A DNA stretch of 64,000 bases, taken from the NCBI GenBank assembly GCA_050947015.1, contig JBMNVT010000006.1, positions 40,595-104,594 on the forward strand. The letters are read 5' to 3'. The first letter of the stretch is position 1, and the number at the start of each line of letters is the position of its first letter. The notes under the pieces are model-generated. The model was not told the DNA's origin, did no database searches, and worked only from the letters and a program-made list of their open reading frames with translations. Origin of the DNA: Acutalibacteraceae bacterium. GTDB taxonomy: Bacteria > Bacillota > Clostridia > Oscillospirales > Acutalibacteraceae. The position numbers and the translations under genes are program-made. Positions 28,624 to 37,719 of the stretch are shown here, piece after piece.

Positions 28624-30318
28624 ATGGCAGAAGAAAAATTCGCGGAGACCCCTGAAACCGCCGAAGAGCGCGGAAGCTTTATTGACGAATTCATCAAAGA
28701 AGATATTGCGGAAAACGGGCGCTTCGCCGGTCAGCGGGTCCACACGCGTTTCCCGCCGGAACCGAACGGCTATCTTCATATCGGCCATCTGAAGGCGATC
28801 AATATCGATTTCGGTACGGCAGAACGCTTCGGCGGGATCTGCAATCTGCGCATGGACGACACCAATCCTTCCAAAGAGGATGTGGAATACGTCGATGCCA
28901 TCAAAGACGACATCAAATGGCTTGGCTTTACCTGGGACGACCGTTTTTATTACGCTTCGTCCTATTTTCCGCAGATGTATGAATTTGCTCGCGAGCTGAT
29001 TTCCAAAGGACTGGCATATGTGTGCGAGCTTTCCGCCGACGAAATGCGGGAAATGCGCGGCGATCTGACGACGCCGGCACGCAGCCCGTACCGTGACCGT
29101 CCGGTCGCGGAAAGCCTTGAGCTGTTTGAACGGATGAAAAACGGGGAATTCCCCGACGGAAAAATGACGCTCCGCGCGAAGATCGACCTTGCTTCCGGCA
29201 ACTTCAATATGCGCGATCCCGTCATTTACCGCATCAATCATGCGCATCACCACAACACGGGCGATGAATGGTGCATTTATCCCATGTATGATTTTGCACA
29301 TCCGATTGAAGATGCGCTGGAAAACATCACTCATTCGCTCTGCACGCTGGAATTTGAAGCACACCGTCCACTTTACGATTGGGTAATCAACAACATCAGC
29401 ATCGCCGCCAAACCGCGTCAGATCGAGTTTGCCCGGCTGAACATCACCAATACCGTGATGAGCAAACGGAAGCTGCGTCAGCTGGTAGAGGAAAACTATG
29501 TGCGCGGCTGGGACGATCCCCGGATGCCGACCATCTGCGGGCTGCGCCGCCGCGGCTATACGCCCCGCTCCATCCGCAATTTCTGCGACCGCATCGGTGT
29601 TTCCAAGGCCGCCAGTGTGGTGGAATACTCGTTTTTGGAGCATTGCCTGCGCGAGGACCTCAACGAAACGGCGCTCCGCGTGATGGGCGTGTTGCATCCG
29701 GTCAAGCTGGTGATCGAAAATTACCCGGCGGATAAGACCGAGATCTTTGACGTTGAAAACAATCCTGCCGATCCGGCTGCCGGAACGAGAAAAGTCAGCT
29801 TTTCCCGCGAGCTTTGGGTGGAAGCGGAAGACTTTATGGAAGAACCGGTCAAAGGCTTTTTCCGGATGTTCCCGGGCAACGAAGTACGCCTGAAAACCGC
29901 TTTCGTTGTACGCTGCACCGGCTGCAAAAAAGACGCAAACGGCAATGTGACCGAAATTACCGCTTCGTATGATCCGGAGACCCGCGGCGGAAACACGCCA
30001 GACGGGCGCAAGGTGAAAGCCACCATCCATTGGGTAGACGCCGCCACGGCGGTTGACGCAGAAGTTCGGCTATACGACAACCTGTTCTCGGTCGCGGACC
30101 CCGATTCCGGCGAAAAGAATTTTCTGGATTATCTGAATCCCGATTCGCTGACCGTGCTGACCGGCTGCAAGGTGGAAGCTTCGCTGGCGGAAGCAAAGGC
30201 TCCTGCCGCATTTCAGTTTCTGCGGCTCGGTTACTTCTGTCTGGATCCCGACAGCACCGAAGGGCACCCTGTGTTTAACCGCAGTGTTTCTTTGAAAGAC
30301 AGCAAACAGAAAAAATAA
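28624..30318 (+). CDS. glnS: Glutamine--tRNA ligase.
   Basis: [25 protein letters not shown], and roughly 560-aa length typical of GlnRS. Confidence 0.85.
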   Translation: MAEEKFAETPETAEERGSFIDEFIKEDIAENGRFAGQRVHTRFPPEPNGYLHIGHLKAINIDFGTAERFGGICNLRMDDTNPSKEDVEYVDAIKDDIKWLGFTWDDRFYYASSYFPQMYEFARELISKGLAYVCELSADEMREMRGDLTTPARSPYRDRPVAESLELFERMKNGEFPDGKMTLRAKIDLASGNFNMRDPVIYRINHAHHHNTGDEWCIYPMYDFAHPIEDALENITHSLCTLEFEAHRPLYDWVINNISIAAKPRQIEFARLNITNTVMSKRKLRQLVEENYVRGWDDPRMPTICGLRRRGYTPRSIRNFCDRIGVSKAASVVEYSFLEHCLREDLNETALRVMGVLHPVKLVIENYPADKTEIFDVENNPADPAAGTRKVSFSRELWVEAEDFMEEPVKGFFRMFPGNEVRLKTAFVVRCTGCKKDANGNVTEITASYDPETRGGNTPDGRKVKATIHWVDAATAVDAEVRLYDNLFSVADPDSGEKNFLDYLNPDSLTVLTGCKVEASLAEAKAPAAFQFLRLGYFCLDPDSTEGHPVFNRSVSLKDSKQKK

Positions 30319-30327
30319 GGCTTTTTT

Positions 30328-30360
30328 TCGCACCCTGCAAAAACAGGGTGCGGTTTTTTA
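30328..30360 (+). terminator. Intrinsic terminator after glnS.
   Basis: CGCACCCTG-caaaaa-CAGGGTGCG followed by GTTTTTTA. Confidence 0.75.
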
Positions 30361-30451
30361 TGCCGCGTTCCCCATACGGTTCCGACAGAGAAAAAGCATT
30401 TGAAAACGCTCCGAAAAAACCAGCCATGCAGCGGTTTTTCGGAGCGCTTCT

Positions 30452-30820
30452 TTATTGGCGGCAATCCTCATCGTATGGCTGACACATCCCCAGCAGACAA
30501 TCGATCGCGGGCTGCATTTCTTGTTTTTCCCGATATCTTTGAATCAAAATCCGCTCACGGGCTGTAATCGATTGAGATGTTTCGGCACCAAACAGGTCCA
30601 TGACGGAGATATGAAGCATTTCGCAGATTTTCGCCACCATTTCAATATCCGGAGAATTTTTTCCTTTAATCCAGTTTGTCACCGCCGCCTGTGAAACCTC
30701 GAGCATCGAAGCCAAATCCTTCTGGCTCATCCCATTCAAAGACAGATAATATCCCAAGTTTCGCTTAACATTTTCTCTGATTTCTCCCATAAACACATCC
30801 CTCACCTTTTTTGCTTTCAC
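30452..30820 (-). CDS. XRE-family (Cro/CI-type) HTH transcriptional regulator, cI-like partner without a peptidase domain.
   Basis: HTH reads MSQKDLASMLEVSQAAVTNWIKGKNSPDIEMVAKICEMLHISVMDL. 122 aa, no S24 domain. Confidence 0.8.
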   Translation of the reverse strand: MKAKKVRDVFMGEIRENVKRNLGYYLSLNGMSQKDLASMLEVSQAAVTNWIKGKNSPDIEMVAKICEMLHISVMDLFGAETSQSITARERILIQRYREKQEMQPAIDCLLGMCQPYDEDCRQ

Positions 30821-30908
30821 TGATTCTATTATTATATCATATCCTTTTTTATCGGAGCAATTTGAAAGATTTAATTTTCTTAAATCAATAGAAGAAGTCG
30901 ACTTTTGT

Positions 30909-30951
30909 TTGACAATTAAGTTTAGGTTAATTATAATAATAATATAATTAA
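30909..30951 (+). promoter_or_regulatory. Sigma-A promoter with an overlapping 25-bp palindromic operator in the divergent XRE/Cro intergenic region.
   Basis: TTGACA (30909-30914), then 17 nt, then TATAAT (30932-30937). Perfect inverted repeat TTAATTATA-N7-TATAATTAA at 30927-30951 covers the -10 element. The 156-bp spacer is about 25% GC. Confidence 0.6.
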
Positions 30952-30976
30952 TAATTTCTTAATTCGGAGGTGCCGA

Positions 30977-31216
30977 ATGATTGCGGAATCCATTGCAACT
31001 TATTTCAAAGAGCATGGCATCAAACAGGCTGCTCTGGGTCGGCAAACCGGACTTTCCAGAAGATGCCTGAGCCTTTCTCTTCGCGGCATGCGAAAAATCA
31101 GCGTGGAAGAATACGGCATGATCTGCGACGCGCTGAAGGTTCCTTATGATTTCTTTTTTCGTGAAGTGAACGACCAAAAGCCGGAACGCGGGGGCTGCCA
31201 GCGAACCGACCGATAA
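30977..31216 (+). CDS. Small XRE-family HTH protein (Cro-like, 79 aa).
   Basis: GGAGG RBS 7 nt upstream. HTH reads IKQAALGRQTGLSRRCLSLSLRGMRKISVEEYGMICDAL. Confidence 0.7.
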   Translation: MIAESIATYFKEHGIKQAALGRQTGLSRRCLSLSLRGMRKISVEEYGMICDALKVPYDFFFREVNDQKPERGGCQRTDR

Positions 31217-31219
31217 ACA

Positions 31220-31262
31220 GAGAGGCAGGGCATCCGTTTTGGGATGCCCTGCCTCTTTTATT
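31220..31262. terminator. Bidirectional intrinsic terminator between the cro-like gene and convergent floT.
   Basis: Perfect hairpin AGAGGCAGGGCATCCC-gtttt-GGGATGCCCTGCCTCT with T-runs on both strands. Confidence 0.8.
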
Positions 31263-31271
31263 CTCTGTCTT

Positions 31272-32747
31272 TTATGCTTGTTTGGATTCTGCGGCGCCGA
31301 CCGCCTCTTCCTGTGAAGAATCGGCGGATTGGGGCTGCTCTGTTCCCGTCAGAAAATCGGGCAGCCTGACACCGGCCATTTTAAAAGTATCGCTCAGTGG
31401 AGGAATCGATTTCATCATTCCCGCCAGAAAATTTGCTGTGGTCGGCGAGCCGTCCTTACCGTTCATGGAATCCCAGACTGTGACCTTGTCGATATTGAGG
31501 TTCTTAACCGCTTCCACTTGAATCTTCATCAGCTCCTCTATCTTATCGACCAGCATGAGCTGAATGGCGGCGTCAACACTGCCCCTGGCAGACTGAACCA
31601 CCTTGGCAAAGCCTTCGGCCTGTTTGGCGAGAATCTCCTGCATACCGCGAGCCTCGGCTTCTTTGGTGGCAAAAATTGCATCCGCTTCACCTTTTGCCTT
31701 GCGGCGAATCTGTTCGGCGATCGCTTCGGCCTCCAGTTCCTTTTGTTCTTTGTCAATTTTCGCCTTAGTAATGATATCGGCCTGCTGGGTCGCCATTTCC
31801 TTCTGCGCACGGGCAAGCTCCGCCGCCTGTTCGGCGGCATACGCCTCCTGCATGGCCTGAGCCTGAGCAACCTTTTCGGCTGCGACAGCGCGGCGCTGCG
31901 CCTCGGCTTCTTTTTCACGGCGAACTGCGTCTGAAAGCGCAACCGCCGCCTTGGACTCGTTTTCGCCGCTGATGGCCGCAGCGTTTGCCTGCGCAACATA
32001 AATACGCTGATCCTTCATTGCCTGCGCCTCTCCAACGGAGCCGTCGCGGTTCTTTTCGGCAACCGTTTTCTTGGCGTCGTTAATTGCCTTTGCGGCGGCC
32101 TCTTTACCAAGCGCTTCGATGTAGCCGGATTCATCGGTGATATCGGTTACATTGACGTTAATCAGCCGCAAGCCAATCTTTTTCAGCTCAGTTTCCACAT
32201 TGTGTGAAACGGCCTCGAGGAATTTATCACGGTCGGTGTTGATTTCTTCAATATCCATTGTCGCGATAACCAGACGCAGCTGACCAAAGATAATATCCTT
32301 GGCAAGTTCCTGAATTTCGTTGAGCTTCATCCCGAGCAGCCGTTCCGCAGCATTTTGCATAATGCCCGGCTCGGTGGAAATTCCCACGGTAAAACGGGAC
32401 GGAACATCGACACGGATATTCTGATGAGAAAGCGCGTTGGCCAGATCGACGTTGATAGACATTGGCGTCAGGTCGAGGTACTGGTAATCCTGAATCAGCG
32501 GCCACACAAAGGCCGCGCCGCCGTGAATACAGCGTGAGGAACGGTTGCTGCCGTCCTTGTTGGTTCCAACTTTACCGTAGATAACCATCACTTTGTCGGA
32601 AGGGCAGCGGCGATAGCGGCGAAGTACCATCACCAGCAACGAAAAAACCAGAACAACAACGACCGCAATAAGAATTACCGCCGTAACCGGAAGACCGCTG
32701 TTTGCCACCAGGGGAATGATGTTTTTCATGAAAAATTCCTCCTTCAA
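31272..32747 (-). CDS. floT: Flotillin-like SPFH/band-7 protein (FloT/YuaG-like).
   Basis: N-terminal TM segment, SPFH domain, and a long Ala/Glu/Gln-rich coiled-coil (EA repeats). 491 aa. Confidence 0.85.
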   Translation of the reverse strand: MKEEFFMKNIIPLVANSGLPVTAVILIAVVVVLVFSLLVMVLRRYRRCPSDKVMVIYGKVGTNKDGSNRSSRCIHGGAAFVWPLIQDYQYLDLTPMSINVDLANALSHQNIRVDVPSRFTVGISTEPGIMQNAAERLLGMKLNEIQELAKDIIFGQLRLVIATMDIEEINTDRDKFLEAVSHNVETELKKIGLRLINVNVTDITDESGYIEALGKEAAAKAINDAKKTVAEKNRDGSVGEAQAMKDQRIYVAQANAAAISGENESKAAVALSDAVRREKEAEAQRRAVAAEKVAQAQAMQEAYAAEQAAELARAQKEMATQQADIITKAKIDKEQKELEAEAIAEQIRRKAKGEADAIFATKEAEARGMQEILAKQAEGFAKVVQSARGSVDAAIQLMLVDKIEELMKIQVEAVKNLNIDKVTVWDSMNGKDGSPTTANFLAGMMKSIPPLSDTFKMAGVRLPDFLTGTEQPQSADSSQEEAVGAAESKQA

Positions 32748-33478
32748 TTTGCTTTTTGCCTGATTGTATGTCGACCGTTATCGGATGACATCATGGAAAG
32801 GGAGCGAACCAGCAGTGTGTTTTCCCCCGCCAGGCCGATTACCTGAACGTTCGCCCCAACCGGGATGGCAGTCTCATTGTCCGTTACTGCTTCCAGCTCC
32901 CGCAGCTGTTCCTGCACCAATAGATTAACCTTTCCCGCGCCGGTACGGCGCGGCGGAATTTTAAGGTAAACGGTGCCAGTCTGTGCGATCGCATTGCGCA
33001 GAGAGAGCGTTCCGCTTTCTTGCATAGAGGAAAACCAACGGATAACAAGCGCCACCAGAAAGAGCGCAGCCGCGCCGCCTGTCAGCGCAATCAGCACGCT
33101 GCTCCAGCCGGGGGCGCCGGCGTCCTGCAGAACAATGCCAAGCCAACCGCCCACCGCAAAAAATGCAACTAGCCCCTGCAGCGTAAACAGCCGAAGCCCC
33201 GTTCCGTGCGCCGCACCATTTTGAGCATCCGCCTGTGCGGCATCATGCGGCAGATCCGGCACTCCATCCCCATTGAGATCGGCTGAAAAATCGGTTTCCA
33301 GCGAATCGGGAATTCCGTCTCCGTCAAAATCTCCGGAAACAGCGTCGCCGTGTCCCCCAAGCCCAACCAGCATCAAAATCAGCTGGATGACCAGCAGCAG
33401 CGTCGCTGGAATTGCCACACAGGCAAACGCCTGCTGCAGCACAGTCATCGACTGCCACCAAGTTGTAAACCATGCCAT
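32744..33478 (-). CDS. NfeD-family membrane protein (YuaF-like) with an inserted acidic DxDGDG tandem loop region.
   Basis: TM helices plus a C-terminal OB-fold-like segment (GTVYLKIPPRRTGAGKVNLLV...VGANVQVIGLAGENTLLVRS). Its stop overlaps the floT start (ATGA). The insert reads DFDGDGIPDSLETDFSADLNGDGVPDLP. Confidence 0.75.
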   Translation of the reverse strand: MAWFTTWWQSMTVLQQAFACVAIPATLLLVIQLILMLVGLGGHGDAVSGDFDGDGIPDSLETDFSADLNGDGVPDLPHDAAQADAQNGAAHGTGLRLFTLQGLVAFFAVGGWLGIVLQDAGAPGWSSVLIALTGGAAALFLVALVIRWFSSMQESGTLSLRNAIAQTGTVYLKIPPRRTGAGKVNLLVQEQLRELEAVTDNETAIPVGANVQVIGLAGENTLLVRSLSMMSSDNGRHTIRQKAN

Positions 33479-33508
33479 GACAAAAACCCTCCCTTTGAAT
33501 TGACTGAA

Positions 33509-34084
33509 TCAGAAAACACCGGGAAACAGCGCTCTGCAGTTTTCTTCCGCCTTGTGCTGCAAAACCGCCGCAAAATAAGCCACGACCATCACAGCCAGAA
33601 CACGCGCCACCCACTCTTCGGAACCCGGTGCAAAGCCCCGGAAGCCATGAAGCGCCGCCTGCACCGCCTGCGCGATTTTCTGCTCCGTCAGCCCTTTTTC
33701 CACCGAAAGTCGGCAAACCGTCCGCGCAAAGCAATCATACAGCAGCGGCTCATTCTCCTGTTCCGGGCAGCCGTGGCCCGCCGCAACATTGACGCTGTCC
33801 GCCAATGCGGCAATCCGCTCAATCTGCAGGCCGTCGCGCAGAGCGCAGATCAGCAGAATACGCGCCGTTTGCCGTTCGGCATACCTTTTGTCTCTGCGCG
33901 GTTTCGGCACCCATCCGCGCTTAACCCAATTCTGAATGGTAGTCCCCTCCAGCCCGGTAAGCGAACAAAGCTGCGAAAGTGAAAACCCACCTGCCTGCAA
34001 AATCATCTTCCGAATCGGCTGAAAGGCGCTGCCTTCTTCCTCATCATACGGCAGAGTCGTACCCGGCAGAACCTGTTTTTCCAT
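33509..34084 (-). CDS. DUF1836-family protein (putative DNA-binding, MerR-like N-terminus).
   Basis: SLSQLCSLTGLEGTTIQNWVKRGWVPKPRRDKRYAERQ matches the DUF1836 core. It lies 30 bp upstream of nfeD in the same orientation. Confidence 0.6.
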   Translation of the reverse strand: MEKQVLPGTTLPYDEEEGSAFQPIRKMILQAGGFSLSQLCSLTGLEGTTIQNWVKRGWVPKPRRDKRYAERQTARILLICALRDGLQIERIAALADSVNVAAGHGCPEQENEPLLYDCFARTVCRLSVEKGLTEQKIAQAVQAALHGFRGFAPGSEEWVARVLAVMVVAYFAAVLQHKAEENCRALFPGVF

Positions 34085-34261
34085 ACCGCTCCCCCTTTCC
34101 CCATACGCCGGGAATCGGTTTGATTTGTCTACATTTTAACAGAAGTTCATATGAACCGCAAGCGGCGAAAAAAGCTAAAAACAGCTGATTTTTGAAACCT
34201 ACTGTCCCGGGGTTCATCGGGCGAATCCGAGCGAACCCGGGCTTCGCCACGCTCGTTTTTG

Positions 34262-34300
34262 CATAAAAAAGCACCCTCAGGAAGTATTTCCCTGAGGGTG
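34262..34300 (-). terminator. Intrinsic terminator after the citrate synthase gene.
   Basis: Minus strand reads CACCCTCAGGGAAATACTTCCTGAGGGTG followed by CTTTTTTATG. Confidence 0.7.
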
Positions 34301-34322
34301 TCGAGAATCATATGTTCCATGT

Positions 34323-35693
34323 TCAGCGATCTGCAAGCCGACGGTATTCGCGGCGCTCCGCAACGCTTTTGTACGACGGGCGAATAATTTTGCCGGCATT
34401 GACAATTTCCTCAATGCGATGCGCACTCCAGCCTGCAATGCGCGAAATGGCAAATATGGGCGTATAGAGCTCCTGCGGCAGGTCAAGCATGCTGTAAACA
34501 AAGCCGCTGTAAAAATCAATATTGGCCGAAACACCCTTGTAAATTTTCCGTTCGTCGGAAATGACCTTCGGCGCAAGGCGTTCCACCAGTGAATAAAGCC
34601 GGTATTCTTCGGTGCGTCCTTTTTCCCGGGAAAGCTGTTCCACAAAGCCCTTGAACACATTTGCGCGCGGATCCGAAAGCGAATAGACCGCATGCCCCAT
34701 TCCATAAATCAGGCCGGAACGGTCAAAGGCCTCCTTGTGCAGCAGCCGGCGCAGATAATCCGCCACGGCCTCTTCGTCCGTCCAGTCGGAAAGCGACTGC
34801 TTCATATCCTCAAACATGCGCACCACCTTGATGTTCGCACCGCCGTGACGCGGACCTTTGAGCGACGCAAGCGATGCGGCCACCGCAGAATAGGTATCGG
34901 TTCCCGAAGAGGTGACAACGTGCATGGTAAAAGTAGAATTATTGCCACCGCCATGCTCTGCATGGAGCACCAGCGCAAGGTCCAGCACGCGAGCCTCGGT
35001 TTCGGTAAAAGCGCAGTCCGCACGAAGCATATGCAGGATATTTTCCGCTGTGGAAAGCTCCGGCTGCGGGCTGTGAATAAACAAGCTGTTGCCGCAGGCG
35101 TAGTGGCTATAGGCCTGATAACCGTAAACCGCCAGCTGTGGGAACAATGCAATCAGCTGCAGGCATTGGCGCAGAACGTTCTCCACACTAGTATCCAGCG
35201 CGTTTGTGTCGTATGAATACAGCGTCAGAACACTGCGGGCAAGGGTATTCATCATGTCGGCGCTCGGCGCCTTCATCACAACGTCACGCACAAAATTGGT
35301 TGGCAGCGTCCGGTAGCCGGAAAGCAGCTTTTGAAACGCGCCGAGCTCTTCGGCGTCCGGCAGACGGCCGAACAACAGCAGGTAAACGGTTTCTTCAAAG
35401 CCGAAGCGATGTTCTTCAATAAAACCCGCCACAATCTGTTCTACATCTACGCCGCGATAAAAGAGTTTTCCCTCGCAGGGAACCTTTTCTCCGTTGACTG
35501 TCTTGCTCGACTGGATTTCGGAAATTTCTGTCAGACCGGTCAACACGCCGTTTCCGTTCAGATCTCTCAGGCCGCGGTTGACCTTAAGTTCCGAAAACAG
35601 CGCCGACGGGATGGCACTGTTCTGGATTGCCTGTTGTGCAAGCTTCTCAATCTCCGGTGTAATGTCAGAGTAGCTGATGTTCGTGTTTGCCAT
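34323..35693 (-). CDS. Citrate synthase family enzyme (citrate/2-methylcitrate synthase).
   Basis: GMGHAVYSLSDPRA and NIDFYSGFVY motifs. Start at MANTNISYSD (ATG 35693). The six-frame ORF start at 35789 adds 32 unlikely residues. Confidence 0.85.
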   Translation of the reverse strand: MANTNISYSDITPEIEKLAQQAIQNSAIPSALFSELKVNRGLRDLNGNGVLTGLTEISEIQSSKTVNGEKVPCEGKLFYRGVDVEQIVAGFIEEHRFGFEETVYLLLFGRLPDAEELGAFQKLLSGYRTLPTNFVRDVVMKAPSADMMNTLARSVLTLYSYDTNALDTSVENVLRQCLQLIALFPQLAVYGYQAYSHYACGNSLFIHSPQPELSTAENILHMLRADCAFTETEARVLDLALVLHAEHGGGNNSTFTMHVVTSSGTDTYSAVAASLASLKGPRHGGANIKVVRMFEDMKQSLSDWTDEEAVADYLRRLLHKEAFDRSGLIYGMGHAVYSLSDPRANVFKGFVEQLSREKGRTEEYRLYSLVERLAPKVISDERKIYKGVSANIDFYSGFVYSMLDLPQELYTPIFAISRIAGWSAHRIEEIVNAGKIIRPSYKSVAERREYRRLADR

Positions 35694-35794
35694 CTCGAAC
35701 GACTCCTTTTCTCTTTTTTTGTAATTTATACTGTTTATTATATCACAACCGTCAACGAGAAAAATGAATAAATTATGAGCAAGCCGCAAATTTA

Positions 35795-37585
35795 TTAATT
35801 AACACTGTTAACATCTGGCAGTTTTCGGCACCATTCGCTGTAAATTCCACCGCGGGCAAGCAGCTCCCGGTGGGTTCCCTGCTCGGCAATCGTACCGCCG
35901 CGAAGCACATAAATACAGTTGCAGTCGCGCACTGTGGAAAGGCGATGCGCGATAAACAGTGCTGTGCGCCCGCGGGAAATGGATGCAATCGACTGCTGTA
36001 TCACCTGCTCGGTATTGGAATCGATATTTGCGGTTGCTTCATCAAGCACCAGAACAGCCGGATTGTGTGCAATGGCGCGCGCAAAGGAGATTAGCTGTCG
36101 CTCCCCTGCCGAAAATGTACTGCCGCGTTCGGCCACTCTGGTCTGCAGACCGTCCGGCTGTTTGGCAACGAACGCATCCGCAGCGGCAAGGTGAACCGCC
36201 CGGCTAATCTCCTCCTCTGTCATCGGGTCGGACAGCGAAATATTCTCGGCAATCGTTCCGGAAAAGAGAAAAACCTCCTGCAACACCGTGCAGACTCCGC
36301 GGCGCAGAGCCCCAAGCTCCCATTCCTCTACCGGAACGTCGTCTACCAGGACCTGCCCCCTCTGGGCGTGATACAGCCCCGAGATGAGGCTGATAATCGT
36401 GGTTTTTCCCGCGCCGGTCGGGCCGACAAAGGCAGCTTTTTGCCCTTTTTCCACCCGGAAGCTGACGCCGCGCAGCACCCAGTTTTCTCCTTCGTAAGCA
36501 AACCAGACATCCCGAAACTCCACCGCTCCTAAAACCGGCCCGGCAAAGCTTCCGCCATGCTCCTGAGCCGCGGTGTCGTCCAGCACTTCGAACACACGAT
36601 CGGCAGAAACAGCCGCTGACTGAATCGTATTGTATTTTTCGGCAAGGTCGTTGATCGGCTCAAAAAACTTTTTGATGTAGGTGGTAAACGCATAAACGAC
36701 GCCAAGTTCCAGTACACCGCCTGTAATTCCCCGCCAGCCGTAAACAATCAGCGCGGCGACTGCCAGCGCGTTTACAACCTCCATCAGCGGGCGAAGCAGG
36801 CTGTTAAACCGGATCTGCAGCAGTGTTGTGGAATAGTATTCGCTGTCCAGCGCGGCGAATTCTTCATATTTTTCTTTTTCGCGCCCAAACGTCTGCACGG
36901 TTTTCATGCCGTCGATGTTTTCGGAAAAAAAGCCGTTGATTCGCCCAATCAGCTTTTTCATTCGTTTAAAGTTTTTTCTTAAGGCCCTGCGCATGGAAAA
37001 CGTAATCAGCGCAATCACCGGAACGGCGGCAAACCCCACCAGCGCCAGCCGCCAGTTCATGGCGAGCATTACCCCGACGATGCCGGCTAACAGCACGATA
37101 TCCCGAAACAGATTGACAATAATATCGGTATAAAATTCATCCAGCGTTTCGATATCGTTGGTCGCGCGCGTAATCAGCCGGCCGCTGGTGTAGCGGTCGA
37201 AAGCAGGCAGAGACATTCTTTCGATCGCCGAAAAAACTTCGATGCGCAGCCGGTTCAAAATTTTCTGCCCAATGCGGTTAATCAGCCGCGTATGCAGAAG
37301 AGTACAAACCGCACCGGACGCAATCAGCAGAAAATAGGTCGTTCCCATTCCGACAACGGAATACCACCCGTGTTGCTGCGCCCCGCCGCGCAAAAAGTCG
37401 TCAATAATAATAGCCATCACATACGGTTTCAGCAGTTCCGCTCCGTTCGCCGCCACCGTCAGTACCATGCACAGCGCAAAGCCCCATTTAAAGGGCGCCA
37501 TTCTGCCGGCCAGCTTAAACAAGCTGTGTCTGCCGGACAGACGCTGTTCATTTCGTAAATGCACTGCCTCTTCCCCCTGTCGCAT
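35795..37585 (-). CDS. ABC exporter, fused permease/ATPase (MsbA-like type I exporter).
   Basis: Six-TM domain followed by an NBD with Walker A GPTGAGKTT, signature FSAGERQ, and Walker B LVLDEATANID. Confidence 0.85.
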   Translation of the reverse strand: MRQGEEAVHLRNEQRLSGRHSLFKLAGRMAPFKWGFALCMVLTVAANGAELLKPYVMAIIIDDFLRGGAQQHGWYSVVGMGTTYFLLIASGAVCTLLHTRLINRIGQKILNRLRIEVFSAIERMSLPAFDRYTSGRLITRATNDIETLDEFYTDIIVNLFRDIVLLAGIVGVMLAMNWRLALVGFAAVPVIALITFSMRRALRKNFKRMKKLIGRINGFFSENIDGMKTVQTFGREKEKYEEFAALDSEYYSTTLLQIRFNSLLRPLMEVVNALAVAALIVYGWRGITGGVLELGVVYAFTTYIKKFFEPINDLAEKYNTIQSAAVSADRVFEVLDDTAAQEHGGSFAGPVLGAVEFRDVWFAYEGENWVLRGVSFRVEKGQKAAFVGPTGAGKTTIISLISGLYHAQRGQVLVDDVPVEEWELGALRRGVCTVLQEVFLFSGTIAENISLSDPMTEEEISRAVHLAAADAFVAKQPDGLQTRVAERGSTFSAGERQLISFARAIAHNPAVLVLDEATANIDSNTEQVIQQSIASISRGRTALFIAHRLSTVRDCNCIYVLRGGTIAEQGTHRELLARGGIYSEWCRKLPDVNSVN

Positions 37586-37669
37586 GGAATACTACTATTC
37601 TACACGCCCAGTCGGCAGTTGTCCATGCTTTTGGATTCGTTTTTTCCCGGAAAGCGTTCCTGCATGAGA

Positions 37670-37712
37670 CCAGAAAAAGCAGCCCTTGCCGGAAAATCCG
37701 GCGGAGGCTGCT
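37670..37712 (-). terminator. Intrinsic terminator after spoIIE.
   Basis: Minus strand reads GCAGCCTCCGCCGGATTTTCCGGCAAGGGCTGC followed by TTTTTCTGG. Confidence 0.6.
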
Positions 37713-37719
37713 TCTTCGT

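Noticed and set aside
30452-31262. Prophage or integrative element around the XRE/Cro pair.
   Set aside because: There are no integrase, recombinase, capsid, terminase or att-like repeats on either side. The module is flanked directly by glnS and the flotillin operon. It is reported as an isolated switch instead.
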